Positions 59,727 to 64,000 of a DNA stretch of 64,000 nt are shown here, piece by piece. The stretch is from an uncultured delta proteobacterium (lineage in GTDB: Bacteria > Myxococcota_A > Polyangia > Polyangiales > Polyangiaceae): the NCBI GenBank assembly GCA_963850305.1, contig CAWKKR010000008.1, positions 1,664,001 through 1,728,000 on the forward strand, in the 5' to 3' direction. Positions within the stretch are counted from its first letter, which is position 1, and the number at the start of each line of letters is the position of its first letter. Position numbers and translations under genes: made by a program. The notes beneath the pieces were generated by a model. That model worked only from the letters and a program-made list of their open reading frames with translations, made no database searches and was not told where the DNA came from.

Positions 59727-61250
59727 TCAATCCGAGGAGCGCGGCGGGAACCGTAGCTCTCCGAGCACGGGAAGCGAAATCTGTTCGACCTGCCAGCGCG
59801 CCACGATTTTATTTCGGAGGAGTTCCGCTGCGATCGCCGAGAGGAGCGAGAAGAATACGGCCGCGAAGATCCCGGCGCCGACGAGAAGCCGAATCTTCGG
59901 CTTGACGGCCTTCAGGGGAACCTGCGGCGGAACGACGATCTTGTACCGGTGGTTGAACGCCGCCTGAGCGGTATCGAGATCGATCCGAGCGGAGCTGATC
60001 TGTCCGCGAAGCGTCGTGTACTTCTCGACTGCGTACCGTAGCTGCGCGGCCACCGCCGGATCGGGTGCGTCCGCATCTTCTGCCATGAGATTCATGATCT
60101 CTTCCGGCAACGGTCCCGCGCCTGCGGATGCCGCGCTGTTTGCCGGCGAAGTCATCGCGATCGTCCCGCCCCCTGCCTCCGGGGTACCGGTCGTGGAGTC
60201 CGAGCGGCTCTTGATCTGCGCTTCGAGGTCCTTGACGTCGGCCCGCAGAGTCGTCACCTGCGGTGACGGCTGGCTGACCGCGAGGAGCGCCTGCTGGGCA
60301 TCGACGACCGCGGGATGCGCCGGGGTGTACTTCGCTCGCAGATCGACTAGCTTCGCCTGGAGGTCGAGCAGCCGGCGGTTTCTGTAATCTTCGAGTTCGG
60401 CTATCGTTCGCTGCTTGGTTTCGAGCGTGGCCTTCAGCGTTGCCAGCTCGTCTTCGTCCGCTTGAGAAGGCGGGCGCGGTGCGGACGGTCGCCGCACCGT
60501 CGTGGTGGTGACGGCCGCGCCGGGCGCGCTTTCCGCTGGTATCTTGGCCTTTCCGCGTGCCGCCGCGATCTTGGCTTCCCGCATCCTCTTCAGCTGTCCC
60601 GCGATGTCCTCGACCTCGCCCCGCAGCGTCGTCGCGTGCCCCTCGAGGATGGAAATGTACTCGGCGAGAGTGGAGATCTCGGCAACGTGCCGTGCTTCGA
60701 GGAAATTCTCCTCCGCCACCTCGAGGATCCTCGCCGAGGTCTCGGCGTCGGGCCAGTCCACCATGAACGTCAACGTCGAATCCGTTGCCGCGACCGAGAG
60801 ATGGTCTCCGAGTGTGAAGAGAAGGGCGCTCTCGCGATCCTTCTCGCTGAGCGGTCCGCGGATCTTGTCCATCACCGCGTCCTTGAGCTTCAGGATGAAC
60901 GGTCTCTTCGCCTCCCACGCGTGCACCAGATCTGCCTGCTTCACGATCGCTTCCAGATTGTCCTGGCGCATGACGAGATCGTAGGCATTCCTGAGCGGGT
61001 AATTGTTCCCGTCGCCGCGCAGGGCGAAGACCTCGTTGGTCTGTGCCATCAGGCGCGATTCGCAATAGTAAGTCCGTGGCCAGAGGGTGACGAGCGCGAC
61101 GGTGACTCCGATGATCCCCAGGAAGACCCCTCCGACGAGGAATGGGCGACGAAGGACGGCTCGCACCCCGAAAGCGAGGTAGCTCTTCAGGACGTCGCGC
61201 GATACCCCGCCGGAGGTCTCTTCCCCGTCCTCCTCCTCATCGTCTTTCAT
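59727..61250 (-). CDS. Polysaccharide co-polymerase (Wzz/Wzc-type, no fused tyrosine kinase)
   Basis: TM1 + PRTY, long coiled coil with YTPAHPAV, Pro-rich PPQVP..KP + TM2, LPVLG tail. Confidence 0.85.
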   Translation of the reverse strand: MKDDEEEDGEETSGGVSRDVLKSYLAFGVRAVLRRPFLVGGVFLGIIGVTVALVTLWPRTYYCESRLMAQTNEVFALRGDGNNYPLRNAYDLVMRQDNLEAIVKQADLVHAWEAKRPFILKLKDAVMDKIRGPLSEKDRESALLFTLGDHLSVAATDSTLTFMVDWPDAETSARILEVAEENFLEARHVAEISTLAEYISILEGHATTLRGEVEDIAGQLKRMREAKIAAARGKAKIPAESAPGAAVTTTTVRRPSAPRPPSQADEDELATLKATLETKQRTIAELEDYRNRRLLDLQAKLVDLRAKYTPAHPAVVDAQQALLAVSQPSPQVTTLRADVKDLEAQIKSRSDSTTGTPEAGGGTIAMTSPANSAASAGAGPLPEEIMNLMAEDADAPDPAVAAQLRYAVEKYTTLRGQISSARIDLDTAQAAFNHRYKIVVPPQVPLKAVKPKIRLLVGAGIFAAVFFSLLSAIAAELLRNKIVARWQVEQISLPVLGELRFPPRSSD

Positions 61251-61278
61251 TTCGCGTTACCTACCCGCGCTACCGTTC

Positions 61279-61446
61279 TCAAAGCCGACCGTAAATGAAC
61301 AGCAATCCGAACAGGTAGAGCGCGTTGAAGACGGCGATCTGAACGACGACCTTTCGCAAACCCCGTTTCGGGCTCTTCTGGCGGGCCGCCCGAGCCGGAA
61401 GGGCCACGGTCGCGATCATGATGGAGAGCAGGACAAGCTTCGACAT
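61279..61446 (-). CDS. 55-aa membrane protein heading the co-polymerase/wzy operon
   Basis: MSKLVLLSIMIATVALPARAARQKSPKRGLRKVVVQIAVFNALYLFGLLFIYGRL; GGAG RBS; two hydrophobic segments around a basic loop. Confidence 0.7.
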   Translation of the reverse strand: MSKLVLLSIMIATVALPARAARQKSPKRGLRKVVVQIAVFNALYLFGLLFIYGRL

Positions 61447-61623
61447 GGGTGAAACTCCGGCTGAACCGGCGTTCTCCTCGGAAACGATTCCCCATCCTGA
61501 CAATTAGGCCGCACCGGCGCAAGAACGTCCGTCGGCGGGGGCCGGTTCCCGTTGCCCGGCCAGCTCTCGGGGGCGAGAATTGCCAGGGAACTGCCGACCG
61601 ATGATAAGAAGCCCCGAGCCCAC

Positions 61624-62685
61624 ATGCGCACGCTGATTCTCGCCGCCGGTCGGTTCGGCGACGCCATGCGCGAGGCGGTTCGCGCCGGTCGCGAGCCACG
61701 ACTGGACGTATTCGAGATCGCCGCCCGGCTCGGAGCTGATGTGATCGACTACCGCGACGCCGATGCGTCCAGCCTGCAAGGGGTGCGCCTCGTCGCGCGC
61801 GCGCTCGGGGCATCGGCCGCGGTGGCCTTTCTCGGTTACCTCGAGCGGGCGCGCTACGACGCCATCCTGACCACCGGTGAAGACATCGGCTTGCCGCTCG
61901 CGTCGCTGCTCAAGACCACCAGCGCGAGGTGCTCCCACACCATGATCGCGCACACGCTCGCTCCGACGAAGAAGAGGGTGTTCTTTCAGTATTTGCGCGT
62001 GGAAGACAGGATCGATCGGATTCTCGCGTACTCGACGTCGGAGGAATCGAACATGATCGGCCGCCTCGGCATTCCGAGACGCAAGGTGGAGCGGATCTAC
62101 TTTCACGCAGACCAGCAATTTTTCAATCCCAGCGCGGAGGTTGTCGAGCCGGATTTGATCTGTGCCGCGGGGCAGTTGCTCCGCGACTATGACTGTCTCA
62201 TCGACGCCGTGCGCGGTCTTCCCGTCAAGGTTCAGATCGCGGCCGGCAGTCCGTGGATCGCGCGACCGCTGAAGCCGCGCGCGGCACTGCCTTCGAACGT
62301 CAACTGGGGCCGCCTCGGGCGCTCGGACCTCCGAAAGCTATACGGTCGGTCCGCGCTCGCCGTGGTGCCCATTCTCGAGAACGACTACCAGACGGGCATC
62401 GCGACCATCCTCGAGATGATGTCCATGGGTAAGTGCGTCATCGCCACCCGTACGCGCGGTCAGACCGACACGATCATCGACGGCCAGACGGGCGTGTACG
62501 TGCCGCCCAGTGATCCCGTTGCTCTCCGCTCGGCCATCACGCGGATGCTTGCGGCGCCGGCGGATGCCGCGCGGTTAGGAGCGGCCGCGCGACGCTTCGT
62601 GGAAGAACATGCCAGCCTGGACCGCTTCGTCGAACGGATCGTCGCTGCGGTCCGCGAAGGTCATGCCACCCGATTCGCCGCCTGA
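61624..62685 (+). CDS. GT-B fold (GT4-like) glycosyltransferase
   Basis: CAAG...RDY..L, LY.RS...VVP, GIATILEMMSMGKCVIAT, GVYVPPSDP. Confidence 0.85.
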   Translation: MRTLILAAGRFGDAMREAVRAGREPRLDVFEIAARLGADVIDYRDADASSLQGVRLVARALGASAAVAFLGYLERARYDAILTTGEDIGLPLASLLKTTSARCSHTMIAHTLAPTKKRVFFQYLRVEDRIDRILAYSTSEESNMIGRLGIPRRKVERIYFHADQQFFNPSAEVVEPDLICAAGQLLRDYDCLIDAVRGLPVKVQIAAGSPWIARPLKPRAALPSNVNWGRLGRSDLRKLYGRSALAVVPILENDYQTGIATILEMMSMGKCVIATRTRGQTDTIIDGQTGVYVPPSDPVALRSAITRMLAAPADAARLGAAARRFVEEHASLDRFVERIVAAVREGHATRFAA

Positions 62686-62704
62686 GTTTTTCGCCGCGGC
62701 CCGC

Positions 62705-64000
62705 TTGCTTCGAGCGCGGGACCATCTCGGTGCTCTCGGATTACGCGCCTCGCTGCTGTCCGGCGTGGCGCTGGCGTGCACGGTATTCGGTTGTCGGCGG
62801 ACGGCGGCGCCTCCGCCTGTCTCCGTCGTGCCGATGCACCGGGTTCGCACTCGCGTCACGATCGCGAATGTCGTCTACGATGGGAACCTCGGCGACGGTT
62901 GGTCCGATTGGGGTTGGGGGCCGCACGACCTGAAACAGGGAGCACCAGCGCGAGTGTCGTTCGACGGTTTCGGTGGCATCATCCTGCATCATGACGAACT
63001 CCCCTCGCAGTTCGGGGGCTTGTCGTTTCGATTCCGCGCGCCTCCTGGCTACGGAGACTTCCTTCAGGTCTCTCTTCAGTACAAGCAGGTCGATGAGGAG
63101 AAGCTACCGCTCGTGCCGATCGAGCCGCGACACATCGCGCTGCTCGATGGTGGTTGGAGTGAAGTGCTCGTCCCCTGGGCGGCGCTGGACCCAGATGGTT
63201 CCCCGTTCGACCGCATCCAGATCAGCGCGCGACTCAGCACGCCGCCGGGCATGGTCGAACTCGATCACATCGTGCTGACGAAGGCAGACGCGACCTCCTC
63301 CGTTCCCACGACGAGCCTTTCGCCCGCGACTCCCGTCCACCTTTACGTCGACTGCGGCAAGCCGGTAACGCGCATAAGCCCTCTCGTCTACGGGGTCGCG
63401 GGCGGCTCCTGGGCACTGGGTTCACCAGCGCGGCGCTTGGGCGGAAACCCGATGACCCGCCTGAACTGGGACATCGGAAACGCATGGAACACCGGGAGCG
63501 ACTGGTTTTTCGAGAACGTGCAAGGTTCCACCACGACGCTGTCGCAATGGATCGACGACGACGTGGCGCACGGAGTGAAGACAGCGCTGGTCGTTCCTAT
63601 GATCGGGTGGGTAGCGAAGGATACGACGTCGGTCGGGTTCCCCGTGTCGGAGCTTCCACCGCAGCAGAAGCACGACCAATACAGACCCGAAGCCGGCGAC
63701 GGCATCCGCGCCGACGGCTCGCCGATGTCCCCGCTCCCGCCCACCCAGACGAGCGTTGCGGTTCCGCCGGAAGTCGTACGCCGGTGGATCGAGACGGTTC
63801 GAGATCACGACCGCGCGCGGGGCAAGCGCGGCGTCGACGAGTACATCCTCGACAACGAGCCGAATCTCTGGAGTACGACTCACCGCGACGTTCACCCCTC
63901 GCCGCTCACGTACGACGAGCTTCTCGATCGCACCATTCAATACGGGAGTGCCATCAGAAAAGCCGACCCCGATGCCGTCATCGCCGGGCCCGCGGCGTGG
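62705..64000 (+). CDS. Glycoside hydrolase family 44 lipoprotein, partial (runs off the right edge; not in the ORF track)
   Basis: Manual translation: lipobox VFGC, YDGNLGDGWSDWGW, ISPLVYG, RRLGGNPMTRLNW, NTGSDWFFEN, PMIGWVAKD, YILDNEPNLWSTTHRDVHP, IAGPAAW. TTG start inferred. Confidence 0.85.
   Translation, partial: MLRARDHLGALGLRASLLSGVALACTVFGCRRTAAPPPVSVVPMHRVRTRVTIANVVYDGNLGDGWSDWGWGPHDLKQGAPARVSFDGFGGIILHHDELPSQFGGLSFRFRAPPGYGDFLQVSLQYKQVDEEKLPLVPIEPRHIALLDGGWSEVLVPWAALDPDGSPFDRIQISARLSTPPGMVELDHIVLTKADATSSVPTTSLSPATPVHLYVDCGKPVTRISPLVYGVAGGSWALGSPARRLGGNPMTRLNWDIGNAWNTGSDWFFENVQGSTTTLSQWIDDDVAHGVKTALVVPMIGWVAKDTTSVGFPVSELPPQQKHDQYRPEAGDGIRADGSPMSPLPPTQTSVAVPPEVVRRWIETVRDHDRARGKRGVDEYILDNEPNLWSTTHRDVHPSPLTYDELLDRTIQYGSAIRKADPDAVIAGPAAW

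Overview
High-GC bacterial chromosomal window, most consistent with a myxobacterium (Polyangia/Sorangiineae-like). The taxon is inferred from the Ser/Thr kinases, Cys-rich lipoproteins and myxobacterial-type EPS genes. Four blocks are visible. (1) About 1-19.4 kb is housekeeping: a truncated alpha/beta hydrolase, TPR protein, uvrD/pcrA, grpE-dnaK, a large pseudokinase-cyclase-like-ATPase-TPR protein, a solitary dnaA, an outer-membrane barrel, ccmE-hemE-hemG/Y and tRNA-Gln(TTG). (2) About 19.6-23.1 kb holds a kinase behind a sigma54 promoter plus an 11-aa upstream ORF, and two repeat-rich lipoproteins. (3) About 23.1-36.1 kb is a nitrate/nitrite assimilation cluster (nasC-like, nasB-like, marR; a NifA-type sigma54 activator; a HemD-like domain fused in frame to a putative outer-membrane barrel; nirBD, moeA, mobA) with readable sigma54 and operator motifs. 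(4) About 37.5-64 kb is a Wzx/Wzy exopolysaccharide locus (glycosyltransferases, Ugd, Uxs, flippase, polymerase, co-polymerase, GH44, two acyltransferases) with a single-module type I PKS (KS-AT-KR-DH-ACP-TE) embedded in it. The PKS-in-EPS locus is the best candidate for an undescribed system. No CRISPR array, rRNA, integrase or transposase was seen. All calls come from reading motifs by eye; no searches were run.
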